NCBI GenBank assembly: GCA_021790715.1
Contig: JAJYGK010000038.1
Location: 1-50,934, forward strand
Source of the DNA: Chloroflexota bacterium
GTDB taxonomy: Bacteria > Chloroflexota > Limnocylindria > Limnocylindrales > CSP1-4
DNA length: 50,934 nucleotides
Direction: 5' to 3'
Notes under the pieces: model-generated
Told to the model about the DNA's origin: nothing
The model's database searches: none
What the model saw: the letters and a program-made list of their open reading frames with translations, nothing else
Shown: piece after piece, positions 1-10,149 of the stretch
Numbering within the stretch: position 1 is the first letter of the stretch
How the letters are laid out: each line of letters opens with the position of its first letter
Made by a program: the position numbers and the translations under genes

Positions 1-780
1 GAAGTACAGGACGGGCAGCGCGTAGGTGGTCCCGTACGCGTGGTTCACCTCGGCCTGGTAGCACTCCAGGTTGGTCTGGCAGAGCGGGCACGCGGTCGCG
101 ATGACCTGTGCGCCCCCGTCCACGGCGTTCTGCAGCAGGTCGCGGACCATCTGCACGGCCGCCTTGCGGTTGGTCACCATGAGGGCGGCACCGCAGCAGC
201 GCAGCTTGTAGGGGAAGGGCACGGGATCCGCCCCCGCCGCCGCCAGCAGCGTCTCGAAGTACGTCGGACCGTCCACGTCCGCGAGATCCGTGCCGGGCCG
301 GCGCGGCCGGGCGATCTGGCAGCCGTAGTAGGCGGCCACCTTCAGGCCCCTGATCCGGTCGCCGGCCTTCGCGCGGATGATCCCGAGCGCCTCGTCGGTG
401 ACGAAGGCGCTCATGATGTGCCCGACCTCGACGGTGCCCTCGTAGTGGAGGGAATCGGCCTCGAGCGCGTAGTTCATGTGCTCGGCGAGGTCGGTGTCGC
501 GGCGGAGCGCGGCGTTCGCCGTCCACAGGTTCTTGTAGCAGGCGTTGCACGGCGCGAGGATGTCGAGCCCGCGCTTCTCGGCCAGCGCGAGGTTGCGGGC
601 GCAGAGGACCGTCGCGAGCAGCTCGTCGACCTTCGAGTAGGCCGTCGCCCCGCAGCAGTTCCAGTCCTCGAGCTCCTCCAGCTCGACGCCGAGCCGGTGC
701 GCCACCTCGATCGACGACACGTGGTAGGAGGCCGCCATGGTCTCCAGGGAGCAGCCCGGGTAGTAGGCGTAGCGAGTCAT
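1..780 (-). CDS. HdrB-like CCG-domain Fe-S oxidoreductase subunit (3' end runs off the window)
   Basis: My own minus-strand translation from ATG 780-778 reads MTRYAYYPGCSLETMAASYH...DWNCCGATAY...APCNACY...KLRCCGAALM...TACPLCQTN. It has two CCG-type cysteine motifs as in heterodisulfide reductase B, GlcF and LutA. It is open to position 1, so it is absent from the ORF track. ATGA overlap with the upstream stop at 777-780. Confidence 0.85.
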   Translation of the reverse strand, partial: MTRYAYYPGCSLETMAASYHVSSIEVAHRLGVELEELEDWNCCGATAYSKVDELLATVLCARNLALAEKRGLDILAPCNACYKNLWTANAALRRDTDLAEHMNYALEADSLHYEGTVEVGHIMSAFVTDEALGIIRAKAGDRIRGLKVAAYYGCQIARPRRPGTDLADVDGPTYFETLLAAAGADPVPFPYKLRCCGAALMVTNRKAAVQMVRDLLQNAVDGGAQVIATACPLCQTNLECYQAEVNHAYGTTYALPVLYF

Positions 781-1355
781 TCGAGACCGTCCAGTGGCAG
801 CACGCGGGCCACCATCGCCCGCAGGTTCCGGATCCGCTTGATGCGCGCCGGGATCAGCGGGAGCCTCCCCTTGCTCATCAGGCGCATGGCCATGCGCATC
901 TCGCGGACCATGCCGGGGAAGCCGCCCTCGAAGATGAACGCCGGCGCGTAGCCCGGCTCGTAGGACTTGCCGGTGCGCAGGATGGTCCGGGCGAACCGGC
1001 GCGAGAAATCCGGGGCGACCCAGTCGCGGTCGAACGTTCCCCGCCAGAGCGAGTACCGCGCCAGGGCGTACATGACGTCGGCGGGGTGGATCCCCTCCGG
1101 GCACTTCTCCGAGCACGCGTAGCACGAGGCGCACGTCCAGAACGAGTTCGAGGCCATGACCTCGTCCTTCATGCCGGCGTTGATCAGCCCGATGAGCTCG
1201 CGGGGCGTGTGGTCCATGAACTCGGCGGCCGGGCACACCGCCGTGCAGGTGGCGCACTGGATGCACCGCACGAGCGAGGCGCCCTCCTCTGCGAGGAGGA
1301 GGTTCTCGACCTCCTCGCGGAAGGAGATGGTGTCTGCGGCGAGGGCGACCATCAC
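777..1355 (-). CDS. HdrC-like 2x[4Fe-4S] ferredoxin-type subunit
   Basis: Track ORF of 192 aa. It has CIQCATCTAVCP and CASCYACSEKCP cluster motifs. The start is GTG 1355 or ATG 1352 and overlaps the upstream receiver stop (GTGATG). Confidence 0.85.
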   Translation of the reverse strand: MMVALAADTISFREEVENLLLAEEGASLVRCIQCATCTAVCPAAEFMDHTPRELIGLINAGMKDEVMASNSFWTCASCYACSEKCPEGIHPADVMYALARYSLWRGTFDRDWVAPDFSRRFARTILRTGKSYEPGYAPAFIFEGGFPGMVREMRMAMRLMSKGRLPLIPARIKRIRNLRAMVARVLPLDGLE

Positions 1356-1774
1356 GGAACCCTGGCCGGCTGCCGGGCCTCGCGGGCGGCGATCAGGGCC
1401 GCGGCCTTCTGCAGCAGCAGATCCGGCTCGACCGGCTTCTCCACGAGCTCGTCGACCGGCACGAAGCCCGGGTGCACGGCCTGGCCGGGGAAGAGGAAGG
1501 CGATCTGTTCGCGCAGGCCGGTGATGATGAGGACCGGCATCTCGCGCAGCTCGCGGTCCCGCCGGATCTTGCGGGCCAGCATGACGCCCTCCGCGCCCCG
1601 GCCCATCATGATGTCGAGGCAGAGCAGGTCGTAGCGACCCGACTTCAGGGCGTCCCAGCCGTCCCGCGGGTTGTACGCCACCGTCGTGTCGTACTCCCGG
1701 TCGAGGATGGCCCTGATCCCCGCGACGAAGTCGGGGTCGTCGTCGACGATGAGCACCTTCTTGCGCTCGGTCAT
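1352..1774 (-). CDS. stand-alone CheY-like receiver protein (no output domain)
   Basis: Internal ATG (1774-1772) of track ORF 1352..2005. Sequence reads MTERKKVLIVDDDPDF...LLCLDIMM...LIITG...VEKP. The region upstream of this ATG in the track ORF is Arg-rich read-through. ATGA overlap with the upstream stop at 1771-1774. Confidence 0.85.
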   Translation of the reverse strand: MTERKKVLIVDDDPDFVAGIRAILDREYDTTVAYNPRDGWDALKSGRYDLLCLDIMMGRGAEGVMLARKIRRDRELREMPVLIITGLREQIAFLFPGQAVHPGFVPVDELVEKPVEPDLLLQKAAALIAAREARQPARVP

Positions 1775-2925
1775 CCCGATGCTCCTTTCGAGACCTGCTC
1801 CGGAGGAGCGGCCCCCGGTCCGGGAACCGGCGCGTCGAACGCCGGCAACTCGATCACGAAGACGCTCCCCTGACCGGGGTCGCTGCTCGCGGTGATGTGC
1901 CCCCCGTGCGCCTCGACGATGCGCCGCGTGAGCGCGAGCCCGATCCCGGCGCCGGACGCCCCGCTCGCGCCGGCCTGCCCCCGGTAGAACGCGTCGAAGA
2001 TCCATGGCAGATCCGCCGTGGGGATCCCGACGCCGCTGTCGGCCACGGAGATCTCGACCGTGCCGTCCCGGCGCATCGCCGACACGACGACGCGGCCGCC
2101 CTCCCTGGAGTACTTGACCGCGTTGCCGATCACGTTGAGCACGGCCTCCGTGAGGGCCCCCTCGTCACCCGCCACGACCGCGCCGGGGTCGACATCGCCG
2201 GCGATCGCGACGGCCTTGCGCACCGCCTCCGCCTGCGCGCTCTCGATGGCGGCCGAGATCGGGCCCGAGATCGCGACGGGGCGGAAGCCCTCCCGCATGT
2301 GGGAGATGTCGATGGAGAAGCTCCGCAGCCAGCGGTTGACGAGGACGAGGAGGTCGCCGATGCGGGCGCTCATCCGCCGGAGCCGCTCCTGCTGGGCGTC
2401 GCCGATCGAGCCGTCCAGCTCGGCCATGACCACGAACAGGTTCTGCTGCACGGCCGCGAGGGGCGAGCGCAGCTCGTGGGAGACGATCGCGGCGAAGTTC
2501 TCCCGGAGCGTCTCGCGTTCCCGGAGGAGCGCCGCCCGCTCCACCAGCAGCTCCCGCTGCGTCAGCCCGCGCCGCACCATCGAGCGGAACTCGTCGGGGG
2601 TGAACGGCTTGGCCAGGAAGTCGTAGGCACCGTGCTGCATCGCCTCCACGGCCGAGGCGATGGTGGCGAAGCCGGTGAACACGATCGAGACGCTGGTCGG
2701 GTCGAGCTCGCGGAGCGCGTCCAGCACCTCGAGCCCGGAGATCCCCGGCATCTTCAGGTCGACGAAGACGAGGTCGGGCTGCCAGCCGCGGGCCATGTCC
2801 AGGCCCGTCTCGCCGCTCGACGCGAACGCGACCTCGTGCCCGCTGCCCTCCAGGATGGCGAGGCACGAGTCGAGCACGACGGCCTCGTCGTCGACCAGGA
2901 GGATGCGGCGGCGCTCGGCGTTCAC
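1771..2925 (-). CDS. receiver-histidine kinase hybrid (REC-HisKA-HATPase)
   Basis: GTG 2925-2923 inside track ORF 1771..3360. Sequence reads VNAERRRILLVDDE..FVDLKMPG (receiver), then H-box VSHELRSPL and ATP-lid GAGIGLAL. GTGA overlap with the upstream kinase stop at 2922-2925. Confidence 0.85.
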   Translation of the reverse strand: MNAERRRILLVDDEAVVLDSCLAILEGSGHEVAFASSGETGLDMARGWQPDLVFVDLKMPGISGLEVLDALRELDPTSVSIVFTGFATIASAVEAMQHGAYDFLAKPFTPDEFRSMVRRGLTQRELLVERAALLRERETLRENFAAIVSHELRSPLAAVQQNLFVVMAELDGSIGDAQQERLRRMSARIGDLLVLVNRWLRSFSIDISHMREGFRPVAISGPISAAIESAQAEAVRKAVAIAGDVDPGAVVAGDEGALTEAVLNVIGNAVKYSREGGRVVVSAMRRDGTVEISVADSGVGIPTADLPWIFDAFYRGQAGASGASGAGIGLALTRRIVEAHGGHITASSDPGQGSVFVIELPAFDAPVPGPGAAPPEQVSKGASG

Positions 2926-4961
2926 TGCCCCGCCTCCTGCGACGCGCCCACCGGCAGCTCGACGGTGAAGGTCGTCCCGGCCCCCTCGCCGCTCTCGACG
3001 GTGATCGTGCCGCCGTGCTCGCGGACGATGCCGAAGCTGATCGCGAGCCCCAGGCCGGTGCCGTGGCCGACCTCCTTCGTGGTGAAGAAGGGGTCGAAGA
3101 TGCGCGACATGTTCTCGGGGCTGATCCCGCGCCCCGTGTCGCGGAAGCTGGCCTGCACGACGCCCCGCGCCGCGTCGTGGCGGGTCGTCACCGTCAGACG
3201 GCCGGCCCCGTCCATCGCCTCGGCGGCGTTGATGATCAGGTTCATGTAGACCTGCTGCATCTGCGCCGGGTCCATGACGGCCCTGGGCATGTGCGGCTCG
3301 TAGTCGCGGACGACCTCGATGTTGTGGAAGATCGCCCGGTCCTCGACCAGCGAGAGGCACTCGTCGATGGTCGTGGACAGGTCCTCCGGCCTCATCTGCG
3401 GCTTCTTCGGGCGCGAGAAGTCGAGGAGCCCGCGGATGATCGTGGCGCAGCGGGTGGCCTCGCTCGCGATCTTCTCCACCTGGGTGCGGCAGGCCTCCTC
3501 GGGCGGCAGGCGCTCGAGCATCAGGTAGGAGTAGGTCACGATCCCCTGCAGCGGGTTGTTCAGCTCGTGCGCCACGTCGGCGGCGAGCTGCCCCACGATG
3601 GCCAGCCGCTCGGACTCCATGACCTTCCGCCGCGCGAACTCCTTCAGCTGGTCGTCGCGCGCCTTGAGGGAGGCGGCCATCGTGTTGAACGAGCTGGCCA
3701 GCTCCCCGACCTCGTCGTCCGAGGTGACGGGCACCTTCGTGTCGAGCTCGCCGGCCGCCACGCGCCGCGAGGCCGCGACGAGCGCCCGCACCGGCGTCGA
3801 GAAGCGGCGGGAGAAGAAGTACGAGACGGCCGCCGCCGCGAGGACCGCGGCCAGGGTGATGCCGAGGAAGAGGAGGCTCGTCCGCACCCGCAGGTCGACG
3901 TAGGGCTGCTCCAGGGTGCCCACGTAGAGCATCCCGACGACGCGCCCCGCCGCGTCCCTGAGCGGGTCGTAGGCCGCGATGTACCAGGCGTTCACGACGT
4001 ACGCGCGCCCGACCCAGCGCTGGCCCCCCAGGACGACCCGGTCGTACACCTCCTGCGATACCCGCGTGCCGATCGCCCGGCTGCCGTCTCCCTCGAGGAC
4101 GTTGGTGGCGATCCGCACGTCGTCGAGGAAGATCGTCGAGGTCCCGACGTCCCGGCCGTCGTACTGCTCGCCCCCGAAGACCGTCTGCCGGATCGTGTCG
4201 ACCATCTGGTAGCGCCGGTTGAGCAGGAGCCCGCCGTACAGGCCGCCGATCACCCGGCCGTCCGCGTCGGTCACCGGGGCCGCGGCGAGGAGGACCAGCC
4301 CGTCGGTCTCCGTGGTCTGCGTGAGGGGCCGCGCCCCGCGCGTGGGCACCAGCGGGATCTCGGCGTCGTTCGGCAGGACCGGGGACTCGCGACCCAGCAT
4401 CTGCGCCGTGAAGATGGTCGTCCCGACCGTGGGCTGCGACAGGCGGAGGGCGCTCGCCACGATGCCCTGGCCCATCATCGAGTCGCCCGTGGTCCCTGCG
4501 TGCGCGACCCGGAGGAGCACCGTGCCCGATGCGTTGGTCACGGTCAGGAAGTCGAGCTGCTCTGAGGCCATCGTCGCGCGGAGCTCCGGGGCCGCCTGCG
4601 AGACGTCCCCGGCGAGCAGCGCATTCCGGAGGTAGAAGCGGTCCGCCTGGAGCCGGACGACGTCGTACACGTTGTCGGAGGTGGCCCGGTACATCGCGTC
4701 GGCGGCGTTGAGGTCGGAGGCGACGCGGTTCTGCGCCTCGGCCACCACGCGGTCGCCGATGAACACGACCGCGACCCCCGCGAGGGTCGCGCTGAGCAGC
4801 ACGATGATGGCCAGGAAGGCCAGCATCAGCTTCGCGAACCGGTTGGCCGCGAATCGCCGCGAGGCCGACCGCACATCATCCTCGGCCGGCGGCCGGGTCA
4901 GCGACGTGACGAGCGGCTGCGGCTGGACGGCGAGGCCCGGCGCGCGCTCGGACAAGGTCAC
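2922..4961 (-). CDS. membrane sensor histidine kinase (Cache-like extracytoplasmic domain, HAMP, HisKA, HATPase)
   Basis: Track ORF of 679 aa with a GTG start. Two TM segments (FAKLMLAFLAIIVLLSATLAGVAVVFI and SLLFLGITLAAVLAAAAVSYFF) flank about 300 aa. H-box VAHELNNPLQGI and G-box GHGTGLGLAI are present. Confidence 0.85.
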   Translation of the reverse strand: MTLSERAPGLAVQPQPLVTSLTRPPAEDDVRSASRRFAANRFAKLMLAFLAIIVLLSATLAGVAVVFIGDRVVAEAQNRVASDLNAADAMYRATSDNVYDVVRLQADRFYLRNALLAGDVSQAAPELRATMASEQLDFLTVTNASGTVLLRVAHAGTTGDSMMGQGIVASALRLSQPTVGTTIFTAQMLGRESPVLPNDAEIPLVPTRGARPLTQTTETDGLVLLAAAPVTDADGRVIGGLYGGLLLNRRYQMVDTIRQTVFGGEQYDGRDVGTSTIFLDDVRIATNVLEGDGSRAIGTRVSQEVYDRVVLGGQRWVGRAYVVNAWYIAAYDPLRDAAGRVVGMLYVGTLEQPYVDLRVRTSLLFLGITLAAVLAAAAVSYFFSRRFSTPVRALVAASRRVAAGELDTKVPVTSDDEVGELASSFNTMAASLKARDDQLKEFARRKVMESERLAIVGQLAADVAHELNNPLQGIVTYSYLMLERLPPEEACRTQVEKIASEATRCATIIRGLLDFSRPKKPQMRPEDLSTTIDECLSLVEDRAIFHNIEVVRDYEPHMPRAVMDPAQMQQVYMNLIINAAEAMDGAGRLTVTTRHDAARGVVQASFRDTGRGISPENMSRIFDPFFTTKEVGHGTGLGLAISFGIVREHGGTITVESGEGAGTTFTVELPVGASQEAGQ

Positions 4962-5234
4962 GTCACCCCGTTCCGGCCGCGGAGGCGGGGCTCAATGCCG
5001 TGCCCTGACTGGACAAGCACCCGGCACCTCCCGCTGCAGTCCCGGGGATCCGGAGGGCGCGCGCCCGAGGGGCTCGGCCGCTGGTTCTCTCCGGGCCGAC
5101 CCCCTGGCCTCGCTGCAGCAACCAGGGCAATCGTTCGAGAGGCGGCACGGAGCGGCAAGGGAACGACGGGACATCCCGCCAGTGCCGGACGGCCACGGCA
5201 CGCGGGGCAATGGGCTCCCCGAAACCATCGCGGT

Positions 5235-5263
5235 CCGGCAGGGGCCAACCGCACCCCTGCCGG
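5235..5263 (-). terminator. 10-bp perfect GC hairpin downstream of the saccharopine dehydrogenase-family gene
   Basis: CCGGCAGGGG (5235-5244), a 9-nt loop, then CCCCTGCCGG (5254-5263). It lies 78 nt past the stop at 5341. On the minus-strand RNA only a weak, distant U run (GGUUUCGG) follows. Confidence 0.4.
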
Positions 5264-5340
5264 CCGTTCACACGGGCTCCCGAACCATCAACGACGCGGA
5301 GCGCGGGCGCGCGGATGCGCCGGTCGCGACACCGCCCCGG

Positions 5341-6567
5341 TCACCGCAGAGCGACGGCCGGCGTCCGCTCCTCGAGCGCGTGGTGGATCCCGTAGCGGTC
5401 GAGCAGCGCGATGTACGGGTCCGGGTCGAATGCCTCCGGACCGAGCACGCCCTCGCCCCTCCACGCGCCCTCGGCGAGCAGTTCCATCGCAAGCACCGGG
5501 TTGAAGCCGGTCTGGTAGCCCACGACCTGCAGCCCATGGCGCCGCATCGTCTCCTGCGCGTCGGACGTCTGGTACAGGTAGACCTCCCGCGGCCGGCCGT
5601 CCCGCAGGCCCGTCACCTGCGTCCCCACGATCGCGAGCCCGACCATGTGGTCTCCCACCGTGGCCGGATCGGGCGTGAGCGCCGCGACGACGTCGCGAGG
5701 CGCCACCTCGACGCCCTTCACCCGGATGCGGTCCTTGCGATCGAGCCCGATCGCGTGGAGCGTCCGCAGCGTCTCGATGAACTCGCTGCCGAGCGCGTAC
5801 TTGAACGTCACCTTCCGCGCGTCGATCCAGCGCGGGACGAGCAGCACCTCCTCGTGCTCGACGTGCACGCACTCGACCGGGCCGACGCCCTCGGGGAAGT
5901 CGAACATCTCGGGCTCGGCGAACGGCTCGACCGTGTACCAGCCCCGGTCGCGCTCCCAGATCACGGGCGGGTTCAGGCATTCCTCGATCGTCGTCCAGAT
6001 CGAGAAGACGGTCGCGAACGGGTAGCCCTCGATCGCCAGGCTGCCTCCGTCGCGGATGTTGACCTCGTGCACCTCGTCGAACAGGTGCTTCGCCGCGTAC
6101 GCGGCGAAGACGTCCGACAGGCCGGGGTCCATCCCCATGCCGACGAGGGCGAGCCGCCCCCGCTCCTTCCAGGCGGTCGCGCGGGCGAACTGCGCGTCGC
6201 CCAGCTTCACGCCCGTCAGGCGGTACGGATCCGTGGGGTGCGGTTCGGACAGGCTGACCGCCATGTCCATGTAGTCGACGCCCGCATCGAACGCGCCGTC
6301 GAAGACCGGGACCAGGAACTGCGGGTCGACGGCGTTCATCACGAGGTCGACGCCGTGCTTCCGGGCCAGTCCCGCGACCTGCGAGGCATCCGACGCGTCG
6401 ATCCGCTCGGCGGCGAAGACGCGCTCGTCACCGGCCTCGGCGGCAACTCGCCGGGCACGATCGAACGCGTAGTCCGAGACGATCATCCGCTCCAGCCACG
6501 GCCGCTTCGCGCTCAGCTTCGCGATGGACTCGCCGACCGTGCCGGCGCCCACCAGCAGCACCTTCAT
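5341..6567 (-). CDS. saccharopine dehydrogenase-family NAD(P)-binding oxidoreductase
   Basis: Track ORF of 408 aa. Sequence reads [16 protein letters not shown] (Rossmann GxGxxG) ...[12 protein letters not shown]... A GGAGG lies 8 nt upstream of the ATG. Confidence 0.88.
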   Translation of the reverse strand: MKVLLVGAGTVGESIAKLSAKRPWLERMIVSDYAFDRARRVAAEAGDERVFAAERIDASDASQVAGLARKHGVDLVMNAVDPQFLVPVFDGAFDAGVDYMDMAVSLSEPHPTDPYRLTGVKLGDAQFARATAWKERGRLALVGMGMDPGLSDVFAAYAAKHLFDEVHEVNIRDGGSLAIEGYPFATVFSIWTTIEECLNPPVIWERDRGWYTVEPFAEPEMFDFPEGVGPVECVHVEHEEVLLVPRWIDARKVTFKYALGSEFIETLRTLHAIGLDRKDRIRVKGVEVAPRDVVAALTPDPATVGDHMVGLAIVGTQVTGLRDGRPREVYLYQTSDAQETMRRHGLQVVGYQTGFNPVLAMELLAEGAWRGEGVLGPEAFDPDPYIALLDRYGIHHALEERTPAVALR

Positions 6568-6616
6568 CGAAACGCCTCCACTCCGATCTCCGTCGCCTCA
6601 CGCGCAACTGGCGACG

Positions 6617-6625
6617 AGTATCGCA
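6617..6625 (-). promoter_or_regulatory. candidate extended -10 (TGCGATACT) for the saccharopine dehydrogenase-family gene
   Basis: The reverse complement of 6617-6625 reads TGCGATACT, in a locally AT-richer spacer about 50 nt upstream of ATG 6567. Confidence 0.3.
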
Positions 6626-6727
6626 CCCACATGGCGGATATGGCGCGCTATTCGTCGTTTGGCGTGGATCGTGCCGATCTCGCGGCGAGCGCCACGCGCC
6701 CGCGGCAGCGAACGTCGTGGCGGCCCG

Positions 6728-8302
6728 TCACGCCAGCCCGTCGGCGAGCGGCAGGGGCTCCTCGGGCGAGGCCATCTGCGGCTCCGTCCAGGTCTCCGGT
6801 GCTCGCCGGAAGAACGCCGGCTGGTACAGGTACTGGAGCAGCATCAGCACGATGCCGACCACCATGAGGACCACCGTGATCACGAGCGGGGGCCCGAACC
6901 CGAACCAGGACACCGCCGAGTAGGAGTTCTCGGGGTTCGCCATGTCGAGCATCGACTGGGCGAACGCCCAGGTGAGGATGACACCGCCGGCCAGCGGGGC
7001 GAGCCCCATGAACACGAGGTTGCGCCAGTTCCGCAGCAGCACGTGGCGGTAGTAGATCGCGCAGGCGTACCCGGTCAGGCCGTAGTAGAAGGCGATCCAC
7101 AGGCCGAGCGCCCAGATCGCGTCCTGGAAGAGGTTCTCCGACAGGAGCTTGAGCGCGACGTACCAGGCCACCGACAGGACGCCCATCCAGATCGTCGACG
7201 AGGTCGGCGTCTGGAAGCGCTCGTGGACGCGCGCCCAGTACGCCGGCAGGGCGCCCTTCGCGCCCATCGAGAGGGCAGTCCGCGCGGTGGGCAGGATCGT
7301 CGTCTGCGTCGACGCCGCCGCGGAGCTGAGGACCGCGATCACGAGCAGCTTGTCCCACGGCGTGCCGAGCACGTCGCTGGCCAGCGCGCCGAGCACGTCC
7401 TCCTCGCCGAGGTTCGAGAGGAACCCGGCGCCGTGGTACGCCTGCGCCGCGACCGACACGATCACGTACGTGCCGAGCAGGATCACGGTCGAGAGCAGCG
7501 ACGCGCGGCCGGGCGTGAGATGGCTGTTCGCCGTCTCCTCGTTGACGGCGGCGGCCGTGTCCCAGCCCCAGTAGATGAACAGGGCCACGATCATCCCCGC
7601 CGCCAGCGCACCGGGCCCGGCGATCGCGAACGGGTTGATCCAGTCGAGCGAGGGCAGGACGGAGCCCTCGACCGTCGACGTGTAGATCCTGACGAGCGCG
7701 ACCACCGAGAAGAGCGCGAGCGTGGCGAGCTCGGCCGACAGCAGGACGACCTGGGTGCGCGCCGAGGCCTCGATCCCCACGTAGCAGATCGCGGTCAGCA
7801 CGGCGATCCACAGGATGCCGAGGCCCATGATCGATGCCGTCTCGAGCGAGACCTGCTGGCCGAGGAGCGTCAGCGAGCCGAAGGTGGCCGGATCGATGTC
7901 GAACAGGCGGAACGTGTAGACGGCGGCGACCTCGGCCAGGCTCGCCATGACGACGATGTCGGCGACGATGATCGCCCAGCCGGTGATCCACCCGGCCCAC
8001 GGCCCCATCGCCCGCGTCACCCACGTGAAGCTCGTGCCGCAGTCCGGGTCGGCCCGGTTCATGTAGTAGTAGGCGGCCGCGATGAAGAGCATCGGCACGA
8101 ACGAGATGAGCATCACGGCCGGCGACTGGAGGCCGACCGCGGCGGTCACCAGGCCGAGCGAGACGGCCAGCGAGTAGGCGGGAGCCGTCGACGCGACACC
8201 GATGACCGTGCTGGAGACGATGCCGAGGACACCACCCCGCAGTCCCTTCTGGCCGGGATCCCCCGGCGCCTGCATCGGGTATGCGCCCACGGTGGTGCTC
8301 AT
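6728..8302 (-). CDS. APC-superfamily amino acid/polyamine permease
   Basis: This is the C-terminal 524 aa of read-through track ORF 6728..10075, starting at ATG 8302-8300 ([11 protein letters not shown]...). It has about 12 hydrophobic segments. GAGGAGGG lies just upstream of the start. Confidence 0.9.
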   Translation of the reverse strand: MSTTVGAYPMQAPGDPGQKGLRGGVLGIVSSTVIGVASTAPAYSLAVSLGLVTAAVGLQSPAVMLISFVPMLFIAAAYYYMNRADPDCGTSFTWVTRAMGPWAGWITGWAIIVADIVVMASLAEVAAVYTFRLFDIDPATFGSLTLLGQQVSLETASIMGLGILWIAVLTAICYVGIEASARTQVVLLSAELATLALFSVVALVRIYTSTVEGSVLPSLDWINPFAIAGPGALAAGMIVALFIYWGWDTAAAVNEETANSHLTPGRASLLSTVILLGTYVIVSVAAQAYHGAGFLSNLGEEDVLGALASDVLGTPWDKLLVIAVLSSAAASTQTTILPTARTALSMGAKGALPAYWARVHERFQTPTSSTIWMGVLSVAWYVALKLLSENLFQDAIWALGLWIAFYYGLTGYACAIYYRHVLLRNWRNLVFMGLAPLAGGVILTWAFAQSMLDMANPENSYSAVSWFGFGPPLVITVVLMVVGIVLMLLQYLYQPAFFRRAPETWTEPQMASPEEPLPLADGLA

Positions 8303-8467
8303 GGCGCCCTCCTCGCCCTCCGAATCTCGCGCGCGGACACCCCATTTGGTCACGGATTCGCAGTATCCGGTAGGGCCGCCCGGCCCGTTTCGTGCGACGA
8401 CCCCCGGGGCGCGCGGCCACCCGTCCGCGCCGTGGGCCGCGTGCATGGCAGCACGCGGGCCCGCCGC

Positions 8468-8473
8468 TATGAT
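8468..8473 (+). promoter_or_regulatory. candidate -10 (TATGAT) giving a leaderless carboxyltransferase mRNA
   Basis: TATGAT is followed by 6 nt (ccggcc) and then ATG 8480. There is no Shine-Dalgarno. Confidence 0.4.
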
Positions 8474-8479
8474 CCGGCC

Positions 8480-10117
8480 ATGGCCGTGCTGCGGACACGC
8501 GTCGACCCGACCTCGGCCCGCGCCGTCGCGAACCGGGAGGCGATGGGGCGCCTGGTGGCGGACCTCCGAGACCGGCAGGCGCGGGTCGCCGGGCGCGGCG
8601 CCGGCGGAGACGAGGCATCGATCGCGCGACACCGCTCGCGCGGCAAGCTGCCCGTCCGCGAGCGCATCGACCGCCTGCTCGACCCCGGCACCGCCTTCCT
8701 CGAGCTGAGCCAGCTCGCCGCCGGCGGCGTGTACGACGAGGACGTCCCGTCCGCCGGCATCGTCACCGGGATCGGCCGGATCGAGGGCACGACCTGCGTG
8801 ATCGTCGCGAACGACGCGACGGTGAAGGGCGGGACGTACTACCCGCTGACCGTGAAGAAGCACCTCCGCGCGCAGGAGATCGCACTCGAGAACCGGCTCC
8901 CCTGCCTCTACCTGGTCGACTCGGGCGGCGCGTACCTCCCCCTCCAGGCGGAGGTCTTCCCCGATCGCGACCACTTCGGGCGCATCTTCTACAACCAGGC
9001 GCGGATGTCGGCGCTCGGGATCCCGCAGGTCGCGCTCGTGATGGGCAGCTGCACGGCCGGCGGCGCGTACGTGCCGGCGATGAGCGACGAGACCGTGATC
9101 GTGCGCGGGACGGGCACGATCTTCCTGGGTGGGCCGCCGCTGGTGAAGGCGGCCACGGGCGAGGACGTGACGCCCGAGGAGCTGGGCGGCGCCGGGGTGC
9201 ACGCCCGGATCAGCGGCGTCGCCGACCACGAGGCGCTCGACGACGAGCACGCGCTCGCGCTCGGCCGGTCGATCGTCGCCAACCTGGCGCGGAAGCCGCC
9301 GGAGACGCCGTGGGAACGCCGGACGCCGGAGCCGCCCGCGGTCGGGTCGGGGGGATCGGACGGTTCGGCGGGCCTGTACGACGTGATCCCGGCCGACCCG
9401 CGGACGGGCCGGCTCGAGGCCCGGGAGGTGATCGCCCGCCTCGTCGACGGGAGCCGGTTCCACGAGTTCAAGCCGCTGTACGGCGAGACGCTCGTGTGCG
9501 GGTTCGCGCACCTCGAGGGCTACCCCGTCGCGATCCTCGCCAACGACGGGATCCTCTTCAGCGAGTCGGCCGTCAAGGGCGCGCACTTCATCGAGCTGGC
9601 CGCGCAGCGGCGCGTGCCGCTCGTCTTCCTGCAGAACGTCGCGGGGTTCATGGTCGGGCGCGACTACGAGGCGGGCGGGATCGCGAAGCACGGCGCGAAG
9701 CTCGTGACGGCCGTCGCGTGCGCCGAGGTGCCGAAGTTCACCGTGATGACCGGCGGCAGCTTCGGTGCCGGCAACTACGCGATGGCCGGCCGTGCCTACC
9801 AGCCGCGTTTCCTGTGGTCCTGGCCGAACAGCCGCATCAGCGTGATGGGCGGCCGGCAGGCGGCGCGCGTGCTGTCCACGGTCCGCGAGGCGGCCCTCCC
9901 CGGCGGGCGCTGGCCGTCGGACGAGGCGCGCGACGCGTTCGAGGCACCGATCCTCGAGTCCTACGAGCGGGAGGGTTCGCCCTGGTACGCGACCGCGCGG
10001 CTCTGGGACGACGGCGTGATCGACCCGCTCGACACGCGACGGGTGCTCGCGATGGGGATCGAGGCCGCGTTGCATGCGCCGATCCCCGAGACGCGGTTCG
10101 GCGTCTTCCGGATGTGA
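8480..10117 (+). CDS. liuB: methylcrotonyl-CoA carboxylase beta (carboxyltransferase) subunit
   Basis: This is the C-terminal 545 aa of read-through track ORF 6524..10117. Sequence reads [24 protein letters not shown]...[26 protein letters not shown]...[30 protein letters not shown]...[14 protein letters not shown]. This pattern is typical of MCCase beta rather than PCC beta. Confidence 0.9.
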   Translation: MAVLRTRVDPTSARAVANREAMGRLVADLRDRQARVAGRGAGGDEASIARHRSRGKLPVRERIDRLLDPGTAFLELSQLAAGGVYDEDVPSAGIVTGIGRIEGTTCVIVANDATVKGGTYYPLTVKKHLRAQEIALENRLPCLYLVDSGGAYLPLQAEVFPDRDHFGRIFYNQARMSALGIPQVALVMGSCTAGGAYVPAMSDETVIVRGTGTIFLGGPPLVKAATGEDVTPEELGGAGVHARISGVADHEALDDEHALALGRSIVANLARKPPETPWERRTPEPPAVGSGGSDGSAGLYDVIPADPRTGRLEAREVIARLVDGSRFHEFKPLYGETLVCGFAHLEGYPVAILANDGILFSESAVKGAHFIELAAQRRVPLVFLQNVAGFMVGRDYEAGGIAKHGAKLVTAVACAEVPKFTVMTGGSFGAGNYAMAGRAYQPRFLWSWPNSRISVMGGRQAARVLSTVREAALPGGRWPSDEARDAFEAPILESYEREGSPWYATARLWDDGVIDPLDTRRVLAMGIEAALHAPIPETRFGVFRM

Positions 10118-10127
10118 CCGGTCCGGG

Positions 10128-10149
10128 CTGCCTGCGGGGGGTCAGGCAG
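10128..10149. terminator. hairpin in the 24-bp convergent gap
   Basis: CTGCCTG (10128-10134), a loop, then CAGGCAG (10143-10149). The 3' arm overlaps the VOC stop codon. Confidence 0.3.

Noticed and set aside
1-4961. Detocs-like defensive two-component system (kinase + buffer receiver + receiver-effector).
   Set aside because: The kinase has a Cache/HAMP membrane sensor rather than the Detocs architecture, and no receiver is fused to a nuclease or PNP-type effector. The downstream genes are Fe-S redox proteins.
5140-5235. Cobalamin-riboswitch-like fragments (AAGGGAAC...CCAGTGCC) on the plus strand.
   Set aside because: The B12-box and the GGTG..AA.CC core are not present in the right order. 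No plus-strand gene follows. The resemblance is limited to short GC-rich words.
6524-10117. A 1197-aa plus-strand ORF, and the 1115-aa minus-strand ORF 6728..10075, from the ORF track.
   Set aside because: Both are GC-driven read-throughs. Only the last 545 aa of the plus ORF (carboxyltransferase) and the last 524 aa of the minus ORF (APC permease) look like real proteins. The remainder is Arg/Gly/Pro/Asp-rich shadow sequence antisense to the real gene.
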